From Octopus sinensis (taxonomy: Eukaryota), in NCBI RefSeq assembly GCF_006345805.1, contig NC_043005.1, forward strand, positions 20,274,001 through 20,338,000: a DNA stretch of 64,000 nt, read 5' to 3'. The notes under the pieces are model-generated. The model saw only the letters and a program-made list of their open reading frames with translations, was not told where the DNA came from and did not search any database. Below are positions 50,541 to 63,499 of the stretch, piece by piece; the stretch's first letter is position 1, and each line of letters starts with the position of its first letter. The translations under genes were made by a program, and so were the position numbers.

Positions 50541-53500
50541 AGACTAACATTCAATCCAGGTGGTTCTGTTTCTCATCATAACACTGCAAAAATCCAATTT
50601 AATCTCTAGAGTTTATTGCTCCTTATCATTAAGTAAAAGGATTCATTTTTTTTTATGAATGTTACTTTGCAGCTATTAAGTAAATAAATTTAATAAATGA
50701 AAATATGCCAAGTGATGTACTTTATTGTAAACTCCACTTGCAAAGATGTAACTTATGTTTGGTTCCTTGTAGCTATTTTTAGCTGATCTGTTAATGACTA
50801 GAATAAACATGCCAACCCTTCAATCCTTACATTTACTTGAAACCTGTATGTTTTAACATCTATTAATGGATATTTATGATTAGAAAAATTCAAGTAATTG
50901 ACGTATATCATATTTATACTGACCTGCATGTCACCTACATCTCTTTCCTTCAGTGACTCTCAGGATTCCGGTCCCTTGCTCCCATTTCTTTCACATCTTC
51001 TCTCCATTTTTGCCTATTAAAATGTTGTATAGCTCTAGACCACCATTCCTTACACTAGCTACCCTATCATCTTTTCAATTATATCCTTACTTTTTCTCAG
51101 CCCTTCTTCAGTGATATGTCTGCAACTGTCTCTCTTGGAATGATATCTTTCACTCCTTTCCAGTCATTACTACTGTAAAGCGAGGCTGTACACTTGCCAA
51201 ATGATGTTTGCATAATTTCTGGGTGCTATGCTTGAAAGCATGAATCTCCTGAGTGGAATGCATATTTACAAAAGTGGGCAGTAGGTTGTCAGATCCACTA
51301 GGAAATGCTGAAATATGCATAATCACAAGCTTCTCTTCACTTATAAATCAGTTTTGTTTTAGTAGCTTATGCCTTGAAGACATCCAGAAAATTAGAATCA
51401 CTTTGAATGGCTGGTGACAGCTTTGGCCTATCATGTAGAGACAACATAGGATCAAGAGGAGCCTTAAACTTGTCTTGTTGAGGACATGAAAACCTCTCTG
51501 TTGTTTAAACCATAATAAAATGCTGCCAGTACATTCTGTAAAGTGACTGGTGATAGGAAGGACATCTAGCCTTAGAAACCACGTGAAACTTAATGTCTGA
51601 GTGAGAACGACCTGTCTAGAAATACAATAACTTTGAATAACAGCTGACTTGGTCAGCAATGATCCATTCAATCTATATCAGCATGGAAAGATGTAATACA
51701 TGATGTTGATAATGAAGATATATGCATAGGCTTGGGTGTATAGAGATCAACATCATCATCATCATCACAATCATGATCATGATCATCATTTTATGTCTAT
51801 TTTCTATATTAGTATAGGATTAGCAACCACCAAATCACAGTGCAGGGGACCCCATAAGATGCTATGTATAGCGACTTGTTTCTTGCAATTATAAACTGGG
51901 TTAGATTTAACTGACAATACCCTTACCCACCTGCTTAAAAAACATTTTGACTATGTGATTATGTAAATTATTAGGGATCCCATGAAGATTTGGAACAAAT
52001 ACCATGCAATGTGTATTTGCAATCTGATTTCAAGCCCTATCAGTTATGATTAATTTTTATCCTTCTGGGTTTTGACAATATTTGAATGCATTTTGCACTA
52101 CTATTATAACAGAAAATATCCGTTATATAATTACGTGTACAACCATATCCCAATCATGTTTTGTTGTTCATACAACTCTTAGTCATTTCAACAAACATAT
52201 GACATACTTGATATGATATGCTTCAACAAACATATGACATGCTTAATAAAACTAGGATGTGTGTTGGTGATGATGGTGGATCTCCATTGTTTAACAATAA
52301 GGATTTAGCTATTTGATGAATTGAATTATTTGCTCCTGGACATGTGTATTCATAATATAATTCTGGGCTTTCATATTGTTTCCATCTACTCAGTTTTACT
52401 CAATTCATCAAATAGCTGATTCTGAGGCTTTAGAAAATTGCATTTGTCCAAGATTCTATACAGTAGGCCCTCTTGGTTGCAAAGCAAACTTCTTAACACT
52501 TTGGTCATACAGGGACATGGATTCAATATCTAAATAACTTGTTAAAAAACTAAATTTTCACTCTCTCACACACATGCATGCACTCATGCAGATAAATCTC
52601 CAAAGTTGTCATTTTGTCTATGGAAACAAGGTTAACTGTCTAGTTAAAAGGTTTCTTTGCAAGTGTTTAAGGTTTTGATTCTACTGAGTGATACCTTGAG
52701 CAAGTATTTTCTACCATAGCTTAAAATCAATCAAAGCCTTATGAGTGAAATTTGGTTGACAGAAACCATGCAGAAGTTTGTTGAAGGTATTATTCCTGTT
52801 TTTGTTTGACAGACTTAATCTGCCACCTGATGGAACATTACTACCTTATTCATAGCTGCCTTTGGTGGAGTTCACTTTGTTGCAAGCCTTTAAACCAGGT
52901 TTCCTGTCTAAGATTAACTTCTCCTCTTCTTCTTGCTAACCTTTGAGGTCTTGGAAGAAATCATAGGCTCTATCTTTCCACCACTGACTTGTCATAAAAG
53001 AAAAATAAATGAAAAAGAAAAATATTGATAAAAATATTCAGAACAGGTAAACAAGTTATCAAGCAAACAAACTGGACAAAAAACAGTGGTACCGCACAGT
53101 TTGGTGGTTAGATATGTTAGACAAGAGAAATGAAATCAGGCAAGCACAAAATATATTTTGCTTCATAGTTTTTGATAATTTCAGTGATGATTGTTAACGT
53201 AAATCTTATATAATACTTTGAAATGTATGGGAAAAGAATTTTTCTTAATAATGAGACAACTCAGGTGTCAGCTGTAAGTTTAGCATCGTCAAAGCGCCTT
53301 TCATAAATTCATAAATGATTCTTTAGAACCATTTTCATAGTCGGCTTTGAAATAAATGGAAAATATTCATAATATTTCAGCTGTGTATTTGTAAGCTTTT
53401 TTTCTCCTTCTATTTCCTTTGAAAATCATTTCACTTTTAATCTTCATCATAATTTGCCTCGGTTCTGTATTTAATGTCACTTAGAAGAAGAGAAAAAGAA

Positions 53501-53734
53501 GTAGTGAATGGACTATTTTTGTGAGAACTCTAACAGACCTTAACAAAATATTTATTTTATTTTATTTTTAAAAAAATTCTAATAGTATATTTACATGTAC
53601 ATAATATAGATTATTGAATAAATAAATAAGTAATAAGGACAAAAAGAAAAAAAGAATGAAAGAAAGTGTATGCACATATATATACATGAATAAAAAAAAA
53701 TGAATGAAAGAATATATATATATATATATATATG

Positions 53735-54105
53735 AAGTTATATAAGGCTTGTTTATTGGATTACCCTGGGTTTCACATCCATAAAGCACTTTACAGTGTA
53801 TCATCAGATCCAAAACCTGTAGGATTATGGCCTCTAGCAAGCGGCCTCTCTAGAAAATGGAGGAAGAAAGGACCTCGCTACTCAATGTCAAGAAGAGATG
53901 ATTGTCTCCCTTTGGCTATTGATCATAAATGACCCTGTTATCTTGTAGGTTCCAAGATAACATGAATTTCCTGAAATGCAAGCATGGTCTGAAGACCTCT
54001 GTTCTAGAGTTAAGGATGTTCCCTGGGTTGAGGGAGTTCTTTAGTATCCTAGCCTGTTCTGTTATGCACAGTTTACAATGCTTTCTCCCATTATATATAT
54101 ATATA
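53735..54105 (-). mobile_element. Penelope-like element 3' fragment (GIY-YIG C-terminus plus hammerhead)
   Basis: CKLCITEQARILKNSLNPGNILNSRTEVFRPCLHF matches the PLE endonuclease C-terminus; it is followed by a hammerhead motif and a (TA)n tract. Confidence 0.85.
53756..53813 (-). ncRNA. Type I hammerhead ribozyme, apparently intact
   Basis: Minus strand: TTGGAT-CTGATGA-(T ACA CTGTAAAG TG CTTTATGG A TGT)-GAAA-CCCAGG-GTA-ATCCAA. Stem I is a perfect 6 bp, stem II is a long hairpin, stem III is ACCC-A-GGGT, and the cleavage triplet is GUA. Confidence 0.8.
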
Positions 54106-54119
54106 TGCCAATAACACCA

Positions 54120-54600
54120 TGAGCTGAAAAGGACCTCCTGGAAGAGTATTCCATAACTAATGATTTGGGATATACACACAGAGAAGTTGCCGAATTTTAT
54201 TGTAACTGGTTATCAGAAGAGAGGCTGCATACATACCAGCAAAAGGTCATACATAGCTATATTTTCAGAAGGCTTCCAAAGGGACAGCAACATTGACAAC
54301 CAGAGTAGCCTATCCTGGACTAACAACCTAGTTATTAGCTATCACTTTGAATGGTATGCATTTGCAATGTAGGAGCAGAAAATAGCCCCAACATAAAAGA
54401 GATAGGGATCATCATGGTATTACTTACCTATGAAGCTTTATGTTATTGCTAGAATACCATATAATAAAAATCATAGAAAGGATAATCTCGAGATGATAAT
54501 TATAAGAAGCTACAATGAGGTGGAGGGCATAGCCACATGTATCTGAAAGAATAAAGGTAGAATGTCTCTGCCAAGACTTCAATAAAATTCAAGCACAACA
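54120..54600 (+). mobile_element. Possible degenerate L1/Tx1-type LINE 3' fragment
   Basis: The frame AEKDLLEEYSITNDLG...LHTYQQKVIHSYIFRRLPKG, then many stops, loosely resembles the post-RT region of Tx1-like elements. Confidence 0.3.
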
Positions 54601-56388
54601 GACCAGACATAATGTTCTGATACAAAGATAAAAAAAAAATCTATGCACAGTTGTTGAAATCAGTTGTCCATTGCTGTCAACATAATGTTAAGGATTTTCA
54701 AGCCAAGAAATGACCATTTAACTCAATCTCTATAGAAACAATATATAAGTGGAACAATGAAAATATACAAGACTTGCTTGAAATTCTATGTGTAATAATT
54801 ATTGTTATTATTCAAACTCCAATGATGGAGCTTTTGTTTCTTTGTTAGAAATTACTTCACTCATTCTAGAAAGAATATTAATAAATAGAAAGGAGAAAAA
54901 TACATACATACATGCATACATACATACGTACGTACATACGTATGTACGTACATACATACATACATACATACATACATACATACACATTTGTATACATACA
55001 TACTTATATATACCATCAGTATTCTATGCTATTGAAGTGTTTTATTTGAAGTGTCATCTGAATCTAACACTTTGAATCAATACTTTGATAACAGAGCAAC
55101 AAAGCAATGCTATTCAAAAACTATCGTATTGAATTATTTATTTACTTTTCCTATGCAATCCTCTTTTCAATCAAACTTTCTTTGCAGATGTTTTCTCTCT
55201 ATCATTATTTATGTGATTCTCTACCATCATTCCCTACGCCTAACATAACCATAATGTCGCCAATATCCATAAAATAAAGCGCCCAGTTGCCTCATTTTTT
55301 CGCTTGACTGCTTGTTTTTCTATCTGCTATGGTGCAAGAATGGCTGTGTGGTTAAGAAATGTGTATATGTGTATGTATGCATACATATACGCATAAACAT
55401 CAAAGTTTAACCAATGGTTATGCCACAGACTTGGTTCGATACAACTTGGCATCAGTGTTGTCACAAGTCTTGATATTAGAATGCAAAGAGCCAGGAAAGA
55501 TATTGTAAGATATCTTGCCCCCAAGATCTCAAACACTCCCATTAACCTACTGACATGGATTAGTAATTTATTTTACAGGCTCCCAAAAGATGAAAGGCAA
55601 AGTTGGCCTCAGTGAGATTCAAACTCAGAGCTTAGAGAATCAGAACAATTGCTGCAAGGTATTCTATTCAACATTATAATGACTGCTAATTCATTGCTAA
55701 CTGCATCATATCTGTTGTACCTACAGTCCTAGTTTCTAGTTAGCTTGTTAGGGATGTCACTCTATTGTATGTGTTTTCATTTCTTTTGCTGAGCTCCTAA
55801 CAACATGTTTCCTAAGTATCAAGTAAGATCATTACTCAGAAGGCACAGGGCTTTCACAGTCAATGTAACTACTTACAAATACATACACACAGATACACAT
55901 ATATGCATTCACCTACATATACACTCATATGCATACACACAAATACAGACATACACACACACATATGCACACACACACACACACACACACATTCTTTTAT
56001 TTTTTTATTCTTTTACTTGTTTTGGTCATTTCACTGCAGTCATGCTTGAGCATCACTTTTAGTCAAATAAATTGACCCCAGGACTTATCCTTTGTAAGCC
56101 AAGTACTTATTCTCTCACCCTCTTTTGCCAAACCACTAAGTTACAGAGATGTAAACACACCAGCATCAGTTGTCAAGCATTGATAGGGTGGACAAAGACA
56201 GATACACAAACACATATATATAGTGTAAACAGAGTCAGTGGTTATAATAACTGACTATGGGATAAAATATCCGTATATACTATCAGTATCCATTATCCAT
56301 ATTATCCTCAGGTATGGGTGTGCAGATACACTGCACAAATAGAGTGCAGGTAACAACAGGATAAACAAGAGTTTATCAGGAAACAAAT

Positions 56389-56600
56389 ACAAATAATCAG
56401 AAAATGCAGAAAACCTCAGATTAACAAACACATCGATTGGAGCACATTTATAGCTTAATTTTTAATACAAAGCATTACATAACAAATAGGTGACATCACC
56501 TATTTGTTATGTAATGCTTTGTATTAAAAATTAAGCCATAAATGTGGTCCAATCGATGTGTTTGTTAATCTGAGGTTTTCTCCATTTTCTGATCATTTGT
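56389..56600. repeat. Near-perfect ~210-bp palindrome
   Basis: Arms of ~100 bp are complementary around GGTGA-CA-TCACC (centre 56494-56495) with only a few mismatches. Confidence 0.92.
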
Positions 56601-57811
56601 GTGTGTGTGTGTGTGTGTGTGTATTCAGATGAATATGGTAAAGTTGAGGCACCTGAATTTAGTACAGTATTATCCATACAATTTCAAAATAAGGTGATTA
56701 TAATCAAAACAAGCAACAAGGATATCTAGAGTTAATGCAGCTGAAGATTGCATTACATTTTAAATTGATGTAATGAAATGACTGCATTGTTCAATTAAAT
56801 GGAGTTGCATGAAACAATCGTACTGCATTACCTCTGGATATCCTTGTTGCTTATTTTGATACATACGTACAAACATATATATATATATATATACATATAT
56901 AGCAATCTCAAGTTTAATCATCTGAAATTGTGAGGATGATCCAGTTCTTGACTGAAGATTAAAGGCTTCGAATGACCCGTCCGTGTTTTTTATATTGTCT
57001 ATTTGGATGTTTTGCGTTCTTGTCCCATTTTGTATTTTTATATACACACACATATATATATATATACAAGCAAAACGCCTCCTGTCCAATGGACAGTGCT
57101 GAATTGTCAAACATTTAAACCAAATTTTCTCAAAACAACTTGTCCGACTGTCCCATAGGCCTCCCCTTTGAGAAACACTGATTTAACCTAAATTTGAGAC
57201 ACCAGCAAAAGAAGAAATAAAGATAGACTTTTTTTCTGTTCCAAAGAAAAACGATTTTATTCACACAAATATGCAACTGAAGAGTTTGAAGTACCAGTAA
57301 TGATAAGGCTGTTGACTGGGAGTATACAAACATGGTTTAAACAGTAAGCTTGGCAGGAAAGAAACGTAACTTTAAGCAATACAAAAACAACAAAAAATGG
57401 AAGGTGCAGTTATGTACAGGTTGACGGAAGAAAAGCAGGACAAAAACAATGCCTGCAAATGGATTAGCTGGAGGTAAACCTAGTTGGAAAAGCATGATGA
57501 ATTTATGAGAATGTACCTGGGACAATAAGTTTATCCGATAAAACGTAGGAAACTGCACGTGTATTTTTCTTGCGTACACATAGTATTGATCACAACAGCT
57601 GATGTACTTGCATGTACAAATGCACGTTCCCACGGCTTTATGGCTCGCATTCTCACCTGGAATCGATTTTTGGAATTTTTTCAAGACTTATACACGCCCT
57701 GATACCGTTAGTATCTACATATCAAATTTGAGCACAATCGGATGGAGGATGCCCAAGATCCTAGATGACACAGACAGAATGGATTTTATATAATATATAT
57801 ATATATATATA

Positions 57812-59280
57812 TTACTACAAAATTTTATATCTTGGACATAGAGTTACCCAAGGTTTCACATCCACAAAGACAAAGCCTGATGGACAAAATTTTTTTAATT
57901 TCTACAACGAGAAATACGTTTAACAAAAAAAAATTAAAAAGTTAATGAGGACGGGTTATTTCCCCTGAACGAGAGGCCAAAAAAACAACTCTGATAGACC
58001 CAAAATGTCCTAACTAGCAAAGCGGGAGATTCAATTTTCCAGTAAGTAGTGCTTGAAGTGGACACATTTAGAAAACACTTCTTTCTGATTATTTAATATG
58101 CCAGGTTTTGTATAGTCCTTAAGAATTTTGACTCTTTCTATAAATAGAAAAGAGTCTCCTTTAGTTGTGCACCTAACATAAAAAAACATATTTACAAGTA
58201 ACCACAATACAAGGAAGGAGGCAAGTTGCCCTTGCAGGGTATAAAATAATGTCCAGTAGAAGGCTGATGCGAGGCTGAAGGGGTCATCTATGAATCTATG
58301 GTGATACCTAGACCTGCTATCCGCAATAGCAGTATTGTACCATCCAACAGTAGATTAACCAGATCTCATGCCAGCACAATTGTCACGCCCAGAGATAATA
58401 ACCAGTCTGGAACCAGCATCACAGAGAGCATCACTGAAGACCCTGGTACCATCGCCACAGATAATGAACGATCCACAGACAGAGATAGAGTGACCAGGCC
58501 CACTGTGTATGTTACCACAGGTACAATCACTGTGCCTAAAAATGATGACCAATCTAGGACCAGTAACATAGATGAGGTATCTGCTGTTACCAGTATCACC
58601 GCAGATGATGACCGAATACTTACCTTCAATACCGAAAGGATGGCTGGCCTCGCACTATCTGCTACCAGGAGTGCAATTAGGGTCACATCCCATGTTTGTA
58701 AATATATTGGATCTGTGAGTACTTCCTTCAAGCAACGTTTTCTTAACCACCAGTTATCCTTCAGAGTCCCAGAAATTCAGTTTGTCATGTACCTGGCCTA
58801 TCATGTGTGGCACCTCAAAGATCAAGGGATCCCGGTGATATCAGGTAGAAATTAATTGATCATCCAGGCCCATATATTAATGGAAGTGGCTGTTGCAAGA
58901 TCTGCATCATGGACAGAGCCAAAATTCTTAAGAACTATACAAAACCTGGCATATTGAATAGTTGGAAAGAAGTGTTTTCTAAATGTATCCACTTCAAGCT
59001 CTACTTACTCAAAAAATTGGATCTACTCTTTTGCTAGTTAGACCTCTTCAAGAGTTGTTTTTACGTCTAGTTCTGGGGAAATAACCTGTCCTCATTAATG
59101 TTATTTTGTTAAGATGTATTTCTCTTTTTCTGAGTGTTTACTCATGTCTGTGACATAGAAATTAAAATTTTTTTGTCTTTTTATATAGAGTCTGATGAGC
59201 TGTTCACAAGGCTTTTGTTTTGTGGATGTGAAACCATGACTAACTCTATGTCCAAGATATAAAATTTTGTTGTAATAATT
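57812..59280 (+). mobile_element. Penelope-like element: inverted 5' pseudo-LTR (57812-58140) plus 5'-truncated GIY-YIG body and 3' pseudo-LTR
   Basis: CPVEG*CEAEGVIY ... KYIGSVSTSFKQRFLNHQLSFR, then PYINGSGCCKICIMDRAKIL...LNSWKEVFSKCIHF. About 57812-58135 is the reverse complement of about 58915-59280. Flanked by (TA)n and (CA)n. Confidence 0.9.
59185..59249 (+). ncRNA. Type I hammerhead motif with a degenerate stem III
   Basis: ATAGAGT-CTGATGA-stem II-GAAA-CCATGACTA-ACTCTAT. Stem I is a perfect 7 bp; the triplet is CTA instead of the GTA seen in the inverted copy at 57845-57847. Confidence 0.65.
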
Positions 59281-59332
59281 ACTGCTCTATTCTTTAGAGT
59301 GTGCTCCTTCCTGATATATGTTTTTTTATTAA

Positions 59333-59372
<40 letters not shown>

Positions 59373-59384
59373 ACACACATATGT

Positions 59385-60135
59385 TATATAAAAGTCAATG
59401 TCTGTGTGTTTGTGTGTTACTTATAGAACCCCCACCCTGTGAAAATTCTTATGCTTCAGATTTTGATGAAATTTGAACTATAGGCATTAGTAATAAAATT
59501 TAAAATATACCCCAAATTTCCATTGCTTTGGATGATTCTAAGACCCCTTAAAGGGGGCTTAACCCCCAAATTTTAGTCATTTTTCATGGACTAAAACCAC
59601 TGAATGGATCCTTATGATATTTGGAACTTAGATTCAATACATAAAGGCAGGTATAATGCAGTATGTTTGGTTTGAATTTGAGGGGGCTTAAAGGGGCAGA
59701 ATCCCCCATGAAAATTCATAAATTTCCAATGTTGATGGAATTTCATCCATAGGTAATTGACACAGATCAAGAAATATTCCCAAAGTTTCCACTTCTCATG
59801 AGGATTCTAAGACCATTTAATGGGGACCTTAACTCCCAAATTTTAGTCATTTTTTTTTCATGATCCAAAGCAAGGTCAAAAGTACTGAATGGATCTTTAT
59901 GAAATTTGGAAATTATATCCTATGCATAAGGGCAGATGTAATGCAGTATATGTTTGAAAGTGAGGGGGCATAAATAAGGCCATAACCCCCATGAAAATTC
60001 ATATATTTTTGCTGTTAATGAAATTTTAACCATAGATATCAGACGCAAATCAAGTAATATTCCTAAAATTTCAACTTCTTAGGAGGTTAGTAAGACCCCA
60101 TAATGGGGGCTTAAAACCCTCAATTTAGTCATTTT
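59385..60135 (+). mobile_element. Helitron/Helentron-like element with internal ~290-bp repeated units
   Basis: Starts tatataaaagtcaatgtctgtgtg; the block ttctaagacccc..ggggcttaacccccaaattttagtcattttt recurs at about 59535, 59805 and 60090. Confidence 0.5.
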
Positions 60136-60149
60136 TCCTGAGCTAAGAC

Positions 60150-61650
60150 AAATACAAGTGTAGTCTTGGAAGCTGTAGAGTCACCCAAGGATACAAGATG
60201 AATGTTATTTGTAATTCAATGGTACAACAGTGTAAGAATTTGCTTTGAGATATACTTAGATTGTGATTTTTGCAATGTGGTGCATAAATTGCTAAGTAAA
60301 GGAGTGGCATCTTTGCTTCCACCGATTCAGTTGCAAAGTATTATTTTGAGTAAAGTTATTTGGTTGCAGACATCCTTTGAGTTTTTTTATTATCACTGGC
60401 TCAGAGATAGTCCCCAGATGGTAACATTGGTTTCAAGGCCTTTCCAGATAAGTGATTGGTCATTCAAAGAGACTTATATATTGCAAATTTATTCTGTTCA
60501 GTTACCTATCAGTTTAGTGATCATTGGAAAACTCCAGAGGTGACACTTTCATTTCCCCTTAGCCCTCATATCTCACAGTTGTTAATGTTTATTTGAGTTG
60601 GGTCATGCCCTTCCAATTGCTATAGATCCGTAATAGATCTACTGTTAATAGAATTATAGTGCTATTCAAAAACCAAGGAAAGAATCAACAGATTCTCGTC
60701 CCGGCTGACCTGAGCCCTTGTAAAGGAAGCTTCATTGTTTGAACAGAATTTTGGAATACAAACCCCGTTTGAAGGCTTCTGACATTGCAAAACAGCTAGA
60801 AGTTAGTCCAAGAATGTGTATTACATATCTGCATAAGCTTGGGTATTATGAACGAGCAACTAGAAGAAAACCTCTCCTTCAACCAATTTATATCATGAAA
60901 AGAAAGAAATGGGCTAAGGAGATGTTAGAAAAATCCAGTTCATTTTGGGATAGAGTGATTTTCTCACATGAATCCAGATTTGCATTATTTTCAGACAGTG
61001 GACGTGTTTGGGTCAGGAGGCTTCCCAATCAAGAATTTGAATTGAAATTACTCCAACCAACTGTGAAACATGGCGGTATCTCTGTAAATGGTATGGGGAG
61101 CTGTCACCAGCAATGGTTGTTCTGAACTGGTTGAATGTGTTGGAACCATAAACTCTGAAAAATACATCGTAATACTTAAGCAAGGACTACTTCCAATGTA
61201 TTCACATGATAACATAACGAAAAATGAGTTTTTATTCATGGAAGATGGGACTTCATGCCATACAATGAAAAGGAATCAACAATGGCTGACTGAAAATGGG
61301 ATCAAAAAGCTTCCTTGGACGAGCCAATCTCCTGACATAAACCTAATTGAAAATCTTCGGAGCATACTAGATAGAGCTTTATGACAAACTCAACAGAAAC
61401 CTAAATCTAAAGATGAATTATTTCGATTGTTGCATGAAAAGTGGGCAGAAATTCCACAAGAGACAATCACAAAGCTCATCAGTTCAATGCCAAAAATAGT
61501 TTCTGAATTAAAAACTGCAAAGGGAATGTCAATCAAATACTAAAGAATGTAGTCCTATCAATTACTTTTCAGTTGTTCACTTTGCATATTAAATAAAAGA
61601 TTTTGAAAACTAAATGTGTCTATTTACTTCCTGCATGTCTGTGTACATAT
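60150..61650 (+). mobile_element. Tc1-like (DD34E) transposon, inactivated; ends approximate
   Basis: RRKPLL, WDRVIFS(H)[27 protein letters not shown] and WTSQSPDINLIENL with D-34-E spacing; stop at 61541-61543; frameshifts and the first catalytic D changed to H. Confidence 0.9.
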
Positions 61651-62947
61651 GTATATATCATCATCATCATCATCATCATCTAATGTCTGTTGCCTATGCC
61701 GGCATGGGTTGGATGGTTTGACCATGGCTGGCAAGCAGGGCCGTCGCTAAGCCATTGCAACCCATATGGTCAAGGGGGGGCTCTGTGGTTGAGGGGCCCC
61801 ATGTTAAGATCAAAGCATGTAGATGAGTCATCTATTTACTTTGACTAAGATGTTGAACAAGAATTAAACTATCTACGTTGACTGAAAATTTTAAGAAATG
61901 AAATGGTAATAACATTGTACCTGCAAAAGTTCTTGTAAAAAATATTACATTGTACCATGAACATGTACCAGACTTTGTGGATTGTCTATGATATCTATTG
62001 AACACAAACTTAGCTCTCAGCTTCATTATTCTGAACTGATCAATGTTTGTCTCAGAAAGTTGCCTGGATTATAAAAGTGCTCTTTTATTCATATCTGGAG
62101 GTTTTACTTATTGAAATTTGCAATAGACCTAAATAAACTTAACTCGTACTTTTAAAGATGCTCTTTAGGATAATGTGAAATATTGAACGTCAGATAGAAT
62201 AAAGTAAAATATAGCTATGAATAAAAGGTGCATAGATTATGAATTTTGATTGAAGGGGTGGGGCCACAAAACAAAAAGTTGCAAGGGGCTTCTAAAAGTC
62301 ATTTTATTTATTTTATTTTATCTAGTTTCAGCTCACAAGCTGTGGCCATGCTGGGGCACCGCCATTTGTGACGGAGCTGCTAGCAAGCTGAAAGGCTGCA
62401 CTAGACCTCAGTCTAATTTGGCATAGTTTCTATGGCTGGATGCCCTTCCTAACATCACGCTCTCTGAGAGTGTAATGAGTGCTTTTATGTGCTACCAGCA
62501 TGGGTGCCTTTTGCATGGCACCAGTATCTGCCACAACTATGATTTTACTTGGCTTGATGGGTCATCTTTTCAAGCACAGCATAATGCCAAAAGTCTCAGT
62601 CATTTGTCATTGCCTCTGTGAGGCCCAACGCATGAAAGATGCTATTCACATGCCACTGTCATCAGACACCTTACCTCCATGAGGCACTTTTTATGTGCCA
62701 CTGGCTTGAGTGCCAGTTATGTGACAGCAGCACCAGCCACAGCGATGACTTCACTTGGCTTGACAGGTCTTCTCAAGCATAGTATACTGCAAAAGATTTT
62801 GGACACTATTAATTGCCACTGTGAGGCCCAATGTTTGAAGATCATGTTTTACCACTTCATCCCATGTCTTCCTGGGTCACTCAGGAACATACACACACAC
62901 ATATATATATAAAACTGAAAAAAATTGGAGTCAAAAAGTAGGAGAAT

Positions 62948-63438
62948 TGGTGGACATTTATTTATTATTCACTACAATTGTTTCGATGCGATATAGTTCT
63001 ACAAGAATACAGGTATTTGATTATGCTACTGTGTGTTTGCACAATGAGCTCTAGTTGTGTTGCCTCAGGCGATATACAAGTGTTGTCTCTATCAGCTTAA
63101 AATCATTGACTTCAAGGCCATCTCCTTTGTTCATTATGGTTTGAATTTAGTAGTGGCTGATAGACCCATGGTGTGTGCCATGAGAGTGTGTTTGTCAGAC
63201 AAATGCACTTTCATGGTACACACCATGGGTCTATCAGCCACTACTAAATTCAAAGCACAATGAACAGAGGAAATGGCCTTGAAGTCGACAATTTTAAACT
63301 AACACTCGTATATCACCTGAGGAAACACAACTAGATCATATTATGCAAACAAACAGTAGAATAATCAAATACCTGTATTCCTGAAGAACTACATTGCTTT
63401 GAAACAATTGTAGCGAATAATAAATAAATGTCTAACTG
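62948..63438. repeat. ~490-bp imperfect palindrome, probably two inverted Penelope-like termini
   Basis: Arms of ~245 bp are complementary around TTTGTC-A-GACAAA (centre 63197). The right arm has CTGAAGA-N13-GAAAC-AATT-GTA (63381-63412). Confidence 0.88.
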
Positions 63439-63499
63439 TACTCATTTTCCTTGACTCCATTTTCTTCAATTTTATATTCACACACAACAAATGCCCATT

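Noticed and set aside
52815-52995. Coding-looking stretch (minus: ...IEPMISSKTSKVSKKKRRS*)
   Set aside because: Stops in all frames, no convincing acceptor or partner exons, no recognisable family; likely a repeat remnant.
56915-56985. Possible additional hammerhead (GTGAGGA/CTGAAGA...GAAT-GACCCGTC)
   Set aside because: The core boxes are mutated and the stems cannot be drawn convincingly.
61735-62300. Possible hAT remnant with a decayed dimerisation-domain frame
   Set aside because: The similarity is too weak, and no matching TIR pair or TSD was found.
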